64,000 nucleotides of DNA from Octopus vulgaris. Its lineage: Eukaryota. The position numbers and the translations under genes are program-made. Location: positions 12,772,001 to 12,836,000 of the forward strand of contig OX597825.1 in assembly GCA_951406725.2 (NCBI GenBank), in the 5' to 3' direction. Below the pieces are notes generated by a model. It did no database searches and was not told the DNA's origin. It was given only the letters and a program-made list of their open reading frames with translations. Below, piece after piece: positions 14,828 through 27,895 of the stretch. Each line of letters starts with the position of its first letter. Within the stretch, counting starts at the first letter, position 1.

Positions 14828-15237
14828 CAAAAACAATTAAGATCCAAGTGAATTCCAATGAATTCAAATTAATATGGTACTTAACTTAGATGCACCAGAA
14901 TATTTGCAGCTTCAAATAAAATTGTTCTTAGTATGAAACAATTGTACTAAACTACTAATCCATTCTTGTTGCTTTTTTCTTGGTTATATATATATGAATG
15001 TATGTATGTATGTATATATCGATGGGTGTGCCTCTCTGTGTTTGTGTTTGTCAACCACCATCGCGTGACAACGGATTTTAGTGTGTTTACGTTCCAGTAA
15101 CCTAGCGGTTCGACAGCGGAACCCGATCGAGTATATATCAGGCTTTAAAAATATGTCCCGGGTGCAATTTATTCTTTAAAAGCTCTCCAATGTGATGTCC
15201 CAGCATGGCCACAGCCAAATACCTGAAAAATAAAAGA
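14632..15237 (+). mobile_element. Degenerate SINE family B split by (TA)n
   Basis: ccaaccacatggttcc...aaactgaaagaaacccgtcg, then 3' part cccagcatggccacagccaaat. Confidence 0.6.
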
Positions 15238-15383
15238 TATATACATGTACATGTATATATTTATATATGTATATATACATACATACATATATACATATGT
15301 ATATATGTATGAGTGTATATATATATATATATGTGTAAATATATGAATATGTGTGTATGTGTAAATATATATATATATATAAA

Positions 15384-15418
<35 letters not shown>

Positions 15419-15982
15419 GCATGTATATGCATGTATATATATATATATATATATAACTTATGTCATCCACGCTACAATCGCTATGCATGGGCACACACAC
15501 GCACGCCACACAAACACACACACTCATACACATCTACAGAGAGTTGAGAAGGTCAGTGCATATTGCTCTGACAAATAATTCCACCGTTTATCCTACAATT
15601 CTTTTTCAGATCATGTCAATAATTGGTGGACTTCAATCTGTTGTATTCTTGACAATTCTGTGGATATTGAGGCGAGTGTCAAATGTAAGAGGATTAATGC
15701 TTACTCAGTGTTGGGTGATTTAGAGTTTGATATTGGTTTGATGGAATATTGATGTAGGAGGAATAGTGGATGCACGATGCGTGTGTGGATAGCGAACCAG
15801 TCAGAATATATATATGAGCATTACAACATTTGTTAGCTTTCAGTGCCAATCAATATTGTGTAGTAAACCATAGCTTCCATCTGCAACAAAGAATGTAACA
15901 AACTCAAATACGTCAAGCTTGTTACTCTGATGTGGATGGATTACCTTAAATGAATATGTGTACTTCTACTTGGAATCATTTA

Positions 15983-16765
15983 ATTTCTTTATTACCCACA
16001 AGGGGCTAAACACAGAGGGGACAAACAAGGACAGACAAACGGATTAAGTAGATTATATCGACACCAGTGCGTAACTGATACTTAATTTATCGACACCAAA
16101 AGGATGAAAGGCAAAGTCGACCTCCGAAGAATTTGAACTCAGAACGTAAGGGCAGACGAAATACCTATTTCTTTATTGCCCACAAGGGGCTAAACACAGA
16201 TAGGACAAACAAGGGCAGACAAACGGATTAAGTCGATCATATCGACCCCAGTGCGTAACTGGTACTTAATTTATCGACTCCGAAAGGATGAAAGTCAAAG
16301 TCGACCTCGGCGGAATTTGAACTCACAACGTAACGGCAGACGAAATACCTATTTCTTTATTGCCCACAAGGGGCTAAACACAGAGAGGACAAACAAGGAC
16401 AGACAAACAGATTAAGTCGATTACATCGACCCCAGTGCGTAACAGGTACTTAATTTATCGACCCCGAAAGGATGAAAGGCAAAGTCAACCACGGAAGAAT
16501 TTGAACTCAGAAAGTAAGGGCAGACGAAATACCTATGTCTTTATTGCCCACAAGGGGTTAAACATAGAGGGGACAAGCAAGGACAGACAAACGGATTAAG
16601 TCGATTACATCGACACCAGTGCGTAACTGGTACTTAATTTATCGACCCCGAAAGGATGAAAGGCAAAGTCGACCTCGGCGGAATTTGAATTCAGAACGTA
16701 ACTGCAGACGAAATACGGCTACGCATTTTGCCCGGCGTGTTAACGTTTCTGCCAGCTCACCGTCT
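15983..16765 (-). mobile_element. SINE family A tetramer (one head plus four ~183-bp bodies) with TSD
   Basis: Four tandem units. Flanking direct repeat tgtgtacttctac(t/a)tg(g/a)a(a/g)tcattta at 15957-15982 and 16766-16791. Confidence 0.9.
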
Positions 16766-17377
16766 TGTGTACTTCTACATGAAGTCATTTACTTAAACCG
16801 TCAGCCATAAGCGACATTTGCAATTTAGCAACAGTTGACCATAAATGCCACCGCAAAGTTCTAGCTGCATAACATAATGAGCTGAATCCAAATGCTCGTT
16901 TAATTTAGAGTATTTTAACAAGATCCAAGGACATCGCTGAAAAGATAATAAGTTATTCCTACAAATAAAGCGTTTCTTACATGAGTGTAAATGAATGTAT
17001 TAATTTAAAATAGGGATTAACACATTTGACACGAATAGGCTACATCTGAATTAAGTTATAAATCAGTGACACGCATTCGGTTAGTGTTGTAATTAAAGTT
17101 GCTGGCGGTCGTTGACATAATGCCGTATGCACGTATGCACTTTCACATATGCACATACATAAACGGGTGCAGCTGTATGCACACACACTCACACACACAT
17201 GTATATATATATAAATATGTGTGTGTGTGTATGTGTATGTATGTATGTATGTATGTAGAGATAGGCATATATATACATATATATATATATATACGATTTA
17301 ATAAATACAACATATGCATACATACATACATATATGTACATACCTACATCTATATGTATATATACATGCATATATGA

Positions 17378-17610
17378 GTACAGGACACCACAAATAAATG
17401 TAGAACACAACGAGAAACGAAAACATAAAATCAAACGAGGAAACGGACTTTTTTTAACAACGAAAAAACAGAGTACAAAACAATCAATACAAGGAACATT
17501 CCCCTTCTTCAGATGCCCCTGTTTCGACTAAATACGTGTTTCGAAGGTAAGGGCAATAACACGGCCACGCCGAAGCAGTCCTTCCCGCAAAATGAATTAA
17601 ATAAAATCCC
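17378..17610 (-). mobile_element. Fragment of the non-coding element family also at 46164-47509
   Basis: Shared gtacaggacacca terminus and ccccttcttcag...gtttcgaagg core. Confidence 0.55.
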
Positions 17611-17684
17611 CTACTGACAGTTCAGAAATGAAATGTCTTGTTTTCCTTATACAACCCGTGTGTTACTTTTCAACATTCTTCATA

Positions 17685-17743
<59 letters not shown>

Positions 17744-17921
17744 ATAATAAATATTAGGGAATAAATCCAAATTTACAGGGAAAAAATCAGATTTAGGATT
17801 AAATCCAATTTTATAGTAAAATATTATAAAATATTATTAGAGACAAAACCACTATTTTGCAAAACAAACAAGGAAAGACTTAATCAATACATAAAATTTT
17901 AATAAATAGTCAAAAAAACCG

Positions 17922-17964
17922 CCACTACAATTGTTTCTTGTCTTGATCGACAATCTTCAGGTGG
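17922..17964 (-). ncRNA. Type I minimal hammerhead ribozyme (inverted twin)
   Basis: Exact reverse complement of 17999-18041. Confidence 0.8.
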
Positions 17965-17998
17965 ACTTCCAATAATTTGAAACTGACTTATTGGAAGT

Positions 17999-18041
17999 CC
18001 ACCTGAAGATTGTCGATCAAGACAAGAAACAATTGTAGTGG
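17999..18041 (+). ncRNA. Type I minimal hammerhead ribozyme
   Basis: ccac-CUGAAGA-uuguc[gaucaa]gacaa-GAAAC-aauu-GUA-gugg. Stem I ccac/gugg, stem II uuguc/gacaa, palindromic stem III ACAAUUGU, intact core. Confidence 0.8.
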
Positions 18042-18214
18042 CGGTTTTTTTGACTATTAATTAAAATTTTATGTATTGATTAAGTCTTTCCTTGTTTGTT
18101 TTGCAAAATAGTGGTTTTGTCTATAATAATATTTTATATATATATATATATACAGACATCTATCTATCTATACCATTTATGTATCTATCTATCTATCTCT
18201 CTGTTTCTCTCTCT

Positions 18215-18262
<48 letters not shown>

Positions 18263-18512
18263 TTCTCCAACATAGCCTAAGTCAAATGAATGAAACAAGT
18301 AGAACAAGTATACATATATATGTGCGTGTGTGTGTGTATATGATATAGGTACACACATAAATATGTATATATATCTCGTACATATATTATATATATATAT
18401 CATATATATAATATATACATATATATACATATATGTGTGTGTGTGTATACATATAATAGAGAGAATAAGAATGAGAAAGAGAGTGACAATGAGAGAGGGA
18501 AGAGAGAGTAAG

Positions 18513-18556
<44 letters not shown>

Positions 18557-19780
18557 GTTGTATGACAGCGCCCCAGCATTTCTTTCAGCTAATCGGTTAC
18601 AGATTAAAAGAAAAAAAAAACAGTGCAGAATTAGAGTGTATCTTTATTTTTTCTCACGAGCTTTTCGTCCGTCTGTCTGTTTCTCTATCTCTACCCATGA
18701 CTCACTTCCTGTCTGACGTTTTTCGCATGTATTCATATTACGCCACACACACACACAAACCCCACCACCCCGCATACTCACTCACACAAACATACTCATT
18801 AAATATATTTCTCTTCTCATAACAAAATATGAAGTTTCTACTTCAGTAGCAGACACTGATTGGTCTATTCCTCATGTCACAACTCATTCGTCTCCAACGT
18901 CTCAAGCGACAATTTTCCGTTCTTTATTAGAAATAAAATATTCATTTTTTTTACTAATTCAATCATTCTGTCATTCACTCTCAATTTACCAGAGTTGTTA
19001 CAGACCTTAAATTATCTCCACGCTCAGCTTCTCTGAGTTTGCCTCACCTATCACTCGGAGCGTTCGCTGATGAAGCAACTAAGGGTTTCGTTGTCAAATA
19101 AATGACTTCACCTTCGCCCTTTCAACCAATACGCCATTATTATCCCTTTTCCTCGTAGTCATTACACACACCTAAAACAGCACAAATATTTTAATATTCT
19201 TAGAAGGAAAAACAGAAAACTGTTTTCTTTTTCCGAATATACACAACTTTAAAAAGCAAGTTATCAGTTTTGACTACATTAACTGTATTTATCTCTGACA
19301 TAAACAGAAAATAAATTTAGAAAGATCCTTTCCGGGAATATAACACTTGAAAAGTCAATTTATCCTATCGAGACAAATAAGAGACATTTGAAAGAATTAA
19401 AACGTAAACATTCCATATACATATAAATTATATAACGAGAGAAGGGATGAAATTACGTGCATTTTATCTAGATATGAAAACCTCAAACCAACATACTAAT
19501 GGCACATTTCTGTAGAATTTTAGAAAATGCGCACGAACTCATTACAAATCGGAATAGAGAAACAGGTTGTTTAAATTGGTTAAACATTTTCTTGATTACA
19601 GATTCACAAAGATTGAAGGAACCTTCAACCCTTATATTTTAGTATCGATAATTCAAATGCTGATACAAACACTAAGCACGCTTTTAAGAGAAACAAAATA
19701 CAAATGGTATGCTTGTTTAATTAGAAGTTGTAATAAAACAATAGTAGGACACAATACACAATATTAGTGTATATATAATA

Positions 19781-20174
19781 TTCTTTTCTACTCTGAGGCA
19801 CAAGGCTCGAAATTTTTGGGGAGGGGCCAGTCGATTAGAGGAATTAAGTACACAACTGGTACTTAATTTATCGACCCGAAAGGATGAAAGGCAAAATCGA
19901 CCTAGGCGGAATTTGAACTCAGAACGTAAATACTGACGAAATACCTATTACTTTACTGCCCACAAGGGGCTAAACACAGAGGGGACAAACAAGAACAGAC
20001 AAAGGGATTAAGTCGATTACATCGACCCCAGTGCACAACTGGTACTTATTTAATCGACCCCGAAAGGCTGAAAGGCAAAGTCGACCTCAGCGGAATTTGA
20101 ACAACGTAACGGCAGACGAAATACGGCTATGCATTTCGCCCGGCGTGCTACTGTTTCTGCCAGCTCGCCGCCTT
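19781..20174 (-). mobile_element. SINE family A dimer with TSD; terminal unit has an alternative tail
   Basis: Direct repeat ttag(t/c)gtatatataatatt at 19764-19782 and 20173-20191. Confidence 0.85.
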
Positions 20175-21610
20175 AGCGTATATATAATATTAGTATATGA
20201 ATAATAATATTAATGTATAATATTCATATCTGGTATTTAGGAGAATATTGTCATGGCTCCTCGAGCTTTTAAAGGTAGTAAAATATTCTTCAGAGACATT
20301 CTGTTGCGGTTTATGCGTGTTTCTCTTAAAGCGACAAAGTGATTTGAAGGAAACTTAAGTGTATGTTTAGTTGGAGTGAGTAACTATATAATCAAAAGTG
20401 ATAGACTATCGCTTAGTTAAACTAGTTTCATTTAAAAGCTTTCCCAGAAAGGACTGTACTTGCAATTTCCTTATCTGCTTTTATCTATGTCTACTTCGAC
20501 TTTAGCGGGATACTGCACGTTACATAACATCTACTGTTTGCATTTTGCATTCTGTTATTCCTATCTATTTAAGATTCTAATCAGTGTTTCTCTATTATAT
20601 CGTGTTCCTCTTGCCTTCCCTTCAACCTCTCAGTTGCGTGCGCTACCTTCGTCTCCTCTCCATGAAAAAACAAGTCCACAAACACATTATTCGTTTCAAA
20701 AACGATTATCTCATGCCATCACCCTCCCATCATTTTACGCCTACAGACGCCCATGATGTCACACTCACTCCCGACCAAACCACGCCCAAACACACACATC
20801 CCCCCATGTTATCTCTGTATACGAATATCCTCTTATATGTGCACCCACAGCGCCACTGCTGCGCGTTTCCTTTCCACAGATAGCACTGTATTCCCACTTG
20901 GCCTCCAATTACGTCTCATTTTTCTTTCTGTTCCAACCGACTTTTCACATTCACTCTTCTCTGTATATTTTCGATTGTAAACTATTTTGCAGATTGAGGA
21001 CCAACCTTCGAGACATCAAGACCCTTTCTTTTCTAACTAATACAAACCTTCTTAGAAATTGAACCCCTAAAGCTGTTTTCTATTTCCGTTCATTGCTTCT
21101 TAACACAGAGATACACATACAGATACATACATATATTCATTTATTTACATAGGTTTATTTATACACATACACACACACATGCACGCACACACGCACACAT
21201 GCACGCACACACGCACACATGCACGCACACACAAACACACACACATATTTATGTATAACCCCACTTACAAATGGATGTGTTACAACACAATATTCTGCTT
21301 CGTTGACCATGAGAAACATCTTATATGGAATTGTGGTGCATATACGCACACACGGTTATATCTTTAGCGGCAGATAATGGTCCGGACGTCTACCACTGAC
21401 AAGGTGTAGGAAGACAGAAATCACCTGATCTTATAGTTTGAACGGTGGAAGCGGACGATGATTTTCTGGTAGCGATATAAAATACAAGTGATTGTATCCA
21501 CCGTTAGTCCATATGGGGGGAATTCTCATAGTAAATAGCGCTGCATTGTCTTTTAACACAACATTAAATTTTAAATAGGGATATACAATACTGCTTCTGT
21601 CCCAACTAAT

Positions 21611-21612
<2 letters not shown>

Positions 21613-21685
<73 letters not shown>

Positions 21686-21890
21686 GTCTGTCTATCTATC
21701 TATCTATCTATCTATCTACCTACCTACCTACCTACCTACCTACCTACCTACCTACCTACCTACCTACATACCTACCTATCTATCTATCTATTTATCTATC
21801 TATCTATCTACCTATCTATCTATCTATCTATCTACCTATCTATCTATAATAATATTAATAATGATAATAACAATAATAATAATAATAATC
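21613..21890. repeat. (TATC)n/(TACC)n then (AAT)n microsatellite
   Basis: Direct reading. Confidence 0.95.
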
Positions 21891-21892
21891 AA

Positions 21893-22613
21893 TTCTTTTT
21901 TATTGGCCACAAGGGCTGACACGCATGATTACATAAAGGGACAAGACAGGACGAAAGGTTACAAAGGGTTTTGCCGTTTATGAAAAACATCGAGTAAAAA
22001 AATCTTTATAACAATTTTAAAAATTCAACAATGAAAAACTCCCAAAAGGGGGAGAAGTTTCGAAAGGTTCCTGGTGGAAAAACCCTACAAAAGCCAACGG
22101 GAGCCTGGTCAAAAAAGGGGTGTAGAGAGTCCCCTTTTTTTCTCCTTTTGTATTACCTTTCTGAAATCACAGGCGAAACCTGAGAACTGGTCCATTTATA
22201 CAGGCCAGTCTCGCACAATTCACCCACCTTTCATAAAACTTGCTATCGGACAGCACTTTCCTCTCTAACCTCATCTTCCTTTTCAAGTGAAATTTGAAAA
22301 AGTTGATGAGGCCTTGACCAAAGAGGAAAGTGTCTGTCTTTAGCCCTTTCAAACGAGTCCACCACACGACCTCTTTCGCCACAGCCACTAGGCACAAGAA
22401 AACGGCCTCGCCCTCCTTGTTAAAGGAGGTCGGCGGGGCAATCTTCACTATGGATTCGGCCGATAGTCGGGTCCGTCCTACACGTGACAGTAGCTGTTCG
22501 ACATAAACCCATATTTCAGCAATACTCGGGCACTGAACGAGTGCTGTCAGAACGGATTCGTCGTCCTGGCAACACCTCGGGCAGGCCCGGCTGACGGCAC
22601 TTCCGTGCCGGTA
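21893..22613 (-). mobile_element. 5'-truncated L1/Tx1-type LINE: ORF2 C-terminal zinc-knuckle region plus 3' UTR
   Basis: ORF ending at 22167 reads [25 protein letters not shown]...AKEVVWWTR, like the L1/Tx1 zf-RVT region (CxxC-E-xxH-C-W, with H replaced). The 3' UTR ends with aataaa and an (att)n tail. Confidence 0.75.
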
Positions 22614-22681
22614 ATGATACTTATATGTATATAAATATATATATATACATATACATATATATATACATATATACATTTATA

Positions 22682-22746
<65 letters not shown>

Positions 22747-23091
22747 GCACACACACACACACACACTATCATAGCAGAAACAGTAGGCTTGTAAAACGCA
22801 GTTGTTTATGTCACTTGTCATCGTCGACCTATCACATATCTGTGACCAAAATGCCAAGACAGTGACTCAAATGCGACAAAAAGCATTTGCGTTTCATAAT
22901 ACCCCGGGTATCAGACAGGTTTGCGGAACGGCTGACTGAATTCAATAAATTATATATGCTTTAGCAACTTTACTCTGTTATTGATTACTCATTCTTTTGT
23001 TCTTTACTATGAATATATGCATATACATTAATATGTCTATCTATCTATCTACCTATCCTTTCTATGTATCTATCTATCTATCTATCTATCT

Positions 23092-23132
<41 letters not shown>

Positions 23133-23143
23133 CTATCTATCTA

Positions 23144-23196
<53 letters not shown>

Positions 23197-23851
23197 TTAG
23201 ATATATATATATGTATATATTACAATTATTATTCTTATTATATTATATTATATCATATCATATTTTTCGTGTTATATTATATTAAATCGAGGACTATATT
23301 CTATTGGTTGCATGCTCGTTTCGCTAATTTCTGAGTTCATCAAAAGTATTTGAAACAATTTATTCACTATGATAGAATTTATAATACGGAAAAAACGGAA
23401 AGAACCGATCGTTCAAACTAGTAAGAGAAAGTGGAGAGCGAGTGAGAGAAACGAAGGGAGAAAAAACAAAAAATAAGACAAATTGCTTTGTTTGCGAACT
23501 TGTTTTTGAAAGAATGGCTGCGGATGTTTATTGCGTTAAAAAAATCATTATTTAAATAAGTATAAAACTTCGATTAGTAGGAGGTTATAAAATGGTATAA
23601 AGAATACAAAAACTATGAATTTGCAGACGAAGTCAATATTCTAAATAGTGTTTGGTATTAAAAATAAGGCTTTAAAATTATTTTAATTAAAACCGTTATA
23701 TCTGTATGATTGAATACATGTTGTATTCAAACAGGATTATATTTATTCGACGATATTAATTAATGCGTTTTCATTACGGTTCGTATCTTTACTAAAGCCT
23801 CTAACTTCGTTAAACCAATCATTACTGTATCTAAGAAAGATATATATATAT

Positions 23852-24029
23852 ATATACTTTATTTAAAGCAGCAGAAAATTCAACAAAACCTGTTACTCTG
23901 AGTTTCCCGGGAACCTCAGAGTAACAGGTTTTGTTGAATTTTCTGCTGCTTTAAATAAAGTATATTACTCTACCACTGGTATTTGAGTACACTATTTTCC
24001 ACCTTGTTTCACATTTATGTGTTTACTCC

Positions 24030-24031
<2 letters not shown>
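23852..24031. mobile_element. 114-bp palindrome plus tail in a (TA)n array (Penelope-like remnant)
   Basis: Palindrome 23852-23965 centred on ccc|ggg (one mismatch). The arms carry the hammerhead 3'-half motif GAAACtcagaGTA. Confidence 0.55.
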
Positions 24032-24083
<52 letters not shown>

Positions 24084-24156
24084 TTGCATTAGAGACTCAC
24101 AAATATTATTTAAAATCCTCTAAGCGTAGGAGTGGCTAAGGAGTTTGTTTCCTTAT

Positions 24157-24187
<31 letters not shown>

Positions 24188-24189
<2 letters not shown>

Positions 24190-24334
24190 GTGGTAGAGTA
24201 ATATACTTTATTTAAAGCAGCAGAAAATTCAACAAAACCTGTTACTCTGAGTTTCCCGGGAAACTCAGAGTAACAGGTTTTGTTGAATTTTCTGCTGCTT
24301 TAAATAAAGTATATATATATATATATCTTTCTTA
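24188..24334 (-). repeat. Inverted duplicate of 23832-23978 containing a perfect 114-bp palindrome (24201-24314)
   Basis: Base-by-base reverse-complement match, including the flank taagaaaga. Confidence 0.9.
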
Positions 24335-24534
24335 CGCACTACATACTCTCATACACACACACACTCTTATGTTGGGGCGAGGTCATTTAACCCTATTATC
24401 TCCCCTAATTTCGCTCTTGCGTCTCACATTTGATCTTTGACTTCTGGCCGAAATCAGATCGGCATGTTGATTCGCTAGCCTCTGCACGCATTTGTTTTCT
24501 CTCCTTGTTTCTTTCTGTGATTCTTTTCTGTGTA

Positions 24535-24572
24535 TCTTTCTGTCGACGAGCGTAGGCTCGAAATGTAAAAGA
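24535..24572 (+). ncRNA. Degenerate minimal hammerhead-like motif within a T-rich island (~24385-24663)
   Basis: ucuuu-CUGUCGA-c-gagc[guag]gcuc-GAAAU-GUA-aaaga. Stems I and II pair, but the core deviates. Confidence 0.4.
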
Positions 24573-25344
24573 CTTTTTCTATTCCTGAGCGCCATACTAA
24601 TACAATTGTTTGTTTGTATTCCACCTGCCTTCGTCTTTTGTTTATTTTCATAAAGCTTCCCGTTATATATATAGATATATATATATATACAAACATACAT
24701 ATATATATATATACATACATACACACACACAAACACACATATATATAAATATATACGTATTTGCTCAGGAAGATAACGCATCGCCCTATTCAGGTATCAA
24801 ATGCACAATTGATGAACTCGATTCCAAGACTCTCACCACTAAACTATGTACCTCCACCGATTATAGATATTAAAAATAAAAACAAAATATAATCTGCAGC
24901 AAATAGTTTTGCCTCAAATATAACTTCCTCGAAACAAACAAAGCCGTAAATCACCTAATTTCTAACAACTGTTAATGCAGTGAATCTGTAAACGACCGCT
25001 AATTTCCAACAATCGGGTTGTGGATATTTTGTACCAATGTCATGACCATACTGCAAATTCAGCCTTAGGGATTTATTATTCTGACGACCAAACAATTTAC
25101 AGCTAACGTACTAATTCAAACCGTGACCAGAATAGTTTCCCTCATATAGATATATACGAAATTTGAAAGTTAATTGTGTGTTCTTAATTTTACATATCAT
25201 TTTCCAAGAAAAGGCTATATAACGATAAACCATATTACTAACGAGCAATCTTGCGACATAAGTGCCACAGTGATTTTGAAATACGCTTAAGTAAGATGTG
25301 TGTATGTGTATGAGTGTGTGCTTGTGTACTATATATGTGTGTGT

Positions 25345-25388
<44 letters not shown>

Positions 25389-26387
25389 CAGTCTGTTTAA
25401 TATTTTGCTTTTAGTTATGGGAGACAAAACATTTCTAGGCAGAGTATTTTCCTTAAACCATATCAAATTTACAACTGCACGTTTGAATGACCGTCGGCGC
25501 GTATGTACGTACGTACATACATATGTGTGCGTGCGTGCGTGTGTATATGTGTATGTGCGTGCATGTGTGTTGCGTATGCTTCTATCTGTACCAAATTAAG
25601 TTATGCTCACATCCTTATATGATATCTAATTCTATGGTTTTATATCAATATATTATTTGTATCATCTTGAGTTATAGATTTGTGCTTACTGATTTTTGTA
25701 AAGTTTATTTATTTTAATTTTCTGTTACTTCAATTTTATATATATAGTTCTCAATTCAAAAACGTTTTTGTTTTATATGTAACAAAAGGTCATAGTTTAA
25801 ATAGAAACTAGTAATTTTTAAAACTTGGGCCCTATATTTCTAATTTCATTTCTTATCTTGCATTTAGTTTCATTATCTTAATTATATATATATATATCTC
25901 ATGTACAAGACTTATAAGAATGGTTATATATTTCTCTCTTATCTTCAAGCGTCTTTGGTTCATCCAATATTGTTCAGCGAACCACAGGAAACCAACATTA
26001 CATCTTGCCATTTCGAATTAAATTTATTTTGGCTCTCAATTAACTGAATATCTTCAAATTAATCGAATTCTAACTTCAAACGACTTAGCTTACATCTAAA
26101 GAAATATTAATCCGTACACTTACAACACTAAGTTTTATTATATATGTTTTTTCGAATTAATTTGGCTCAGATTTCATTAACTTAAGAACATTTTAATTCA
26201 TTTAATTCCGTTTTTAATCAACTTAGCATATATTAATACGTAGACTTCACGTTTTTGATTAATAATATGTTACTTGGAAATAATAATTAAGATTATGACC
26301 CCTGATTTAGAGGCAACACCAGAATTCTTTGTAAAGGTAGAATTACTTATTTTCATCTACCCTCAGAACTTGAATACTCTCTCTCTC

Positions 26388-26787
26388 TCTTTTACTCTTT
26401 TACTTGTTTCAGTCATTTGACTGCGGCCATGCTGGAGCACCGCCTTTAATCGAGCAACTCGACCCCGGGACTTATTCTTTTGTAAGCCCAGTACTTATTC
26501 TATCGGTGTCTTTTGCTGAACCGCTAAGTAACGGGGACATAAACACACCAGCATCGGTTGTCAAGCAATGCTAGGGGGACAAACACAGACACACAAACAC
26601 ACACACGCATATATATATATATTTACATATATACGATGGGCTTCCGTCTACCAAATCCACTCACAAGGCTTTGGTCGGCCCGAGGCTATAGCAGAAGACA
26701 CTTGCCCAAGATGCCACGCAGTGGGACTGAACCCGGAACCATGTGGTTGGTAAGCAAGCTACTTACCACACATCCACTAATGCGCCT
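26388..26787 (-). mobile_element. SINE family B, near full length
   Basis: Head ggcgca..tggtaagtagc, B-box ggttcagtccc, tail gactgaaacaagtaaaagag. Confidence 0.85.
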
Positions 26788-27557
26788 ATAGCACATTTTT
26801 ATGTAGGAAACAACGTTAACCTTCGAGTTATGAGAATGAATAATGTAAAATAGCGGAATGCATTTGTTTAGATGTTCGACAGTAATGATATCAACACCCT
26901 AATAATACGGTTTTCTTATTTCCTTTTAACCACTTCCTAATCTTTTAGTGATTAAAGATGTTTGTTTATTTTAATAATGGTTTCATTAAATTAGCTGAAT
27001 TCTTTAAATATACGTCAGCCTTCTTTGAAAAGTATTTAGTTATCAGAGTTACTCTTAATTCTATTCCTTGTTTTCTTCCTTCTCACATTTCCCACTTTAC
27101 TCTCTTTTTGTTTGTCATTTAATCATTCTCTTATTTGGGTTTCGTTGTTGTTATCTGTTCCTTATTATTACTTTTTTTCAGGTACTTGTACCATATTGCA
27201 GAATAAATTGTTTATAGTAGTTTTCGTGAGCTACGAAAGTGGCAATACGAAAATTATGCAGAAAAATAGTGTTCTTCTTAAAAAATGTAATAGATATGAT
27301 ATATATCTATATATATCTATATATAAGCAAAACTTTAAATTCTTTATATTTTATTCTCGGAGACAGAGTTTACCCAAAGGAAGGGTGACAAATAACATCT
27401 TTAGTATTCAGGTGTCTGAGATCCCGACAATCCAAACAAAGCTAAAAGGAATTCGAGGGCTTGGGAAAAATTACAATATTGCTTCTAATGACAATTGCAA
27501 ATTCCACTACTACTACTACTATTACTACAACTACTGCTGCCGCTGCTGCTGCTGCTG

Positions 27558-27594
<37 letters not shown>

Positions 27595-27728
27595 GACTAC
27601 TACTGCTGCTGCTGCTGCTATCAGCTGTATTCCTCCCTCACTACACCTCTCCAATCAAAGCTACCGACACACAAAAAAGGAAAAAAAAAAAGAAAAACTA
27701 GAAACAACTGTCTTAAGACTCTTCAAGA

Positions 27729-27895
27729 AGCGGGCGGTATGTGGTCTGCCGTTATGTTCTGAGTTCAAATTCCGCCGAGGCCAACTTTGCCTTTCATCCT
27801 TTCGGGGTCGATTAAATAAGTACCAGTTATGCGCTGGATTCGATGTAACCCATTCGTCTGTCCTTGCTTAGACACCTGTGGACAATAAAGAAACA
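27729..27895 (+). mobile_element. Degenerate SINE family A
   Basis: gagttcaaattccgccgagg...gcctttcatcctttcggggtcg. Confidence 0.7.

Larger units (their letters stand above)
17741..18138. mobile_element. Penelope-like inverted pLTR remnant in a (TA)n array
   Basis: 151-bp inverted arms 17825-17975 and 17988-18138 (12-nt spacer, ~2 mismatches), each with a hammerhead. The left arm extends to the TA array. Confidence 0.7.

Noticed and set aside
15983-16765. Regular repeats superficially like a CRISPR array
   Set aside because: Units are whole ~183-bp SINE bodies with no unique spacers, in a eukaryotic context without cas genes.
20460-21030. Pyrimidine-rich region with NIYCLHFAFC, vaguely like a Penelope GIY-YIG start
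   Set aside because: No YIG motif or downstream conserved residues; similarity is too weak.
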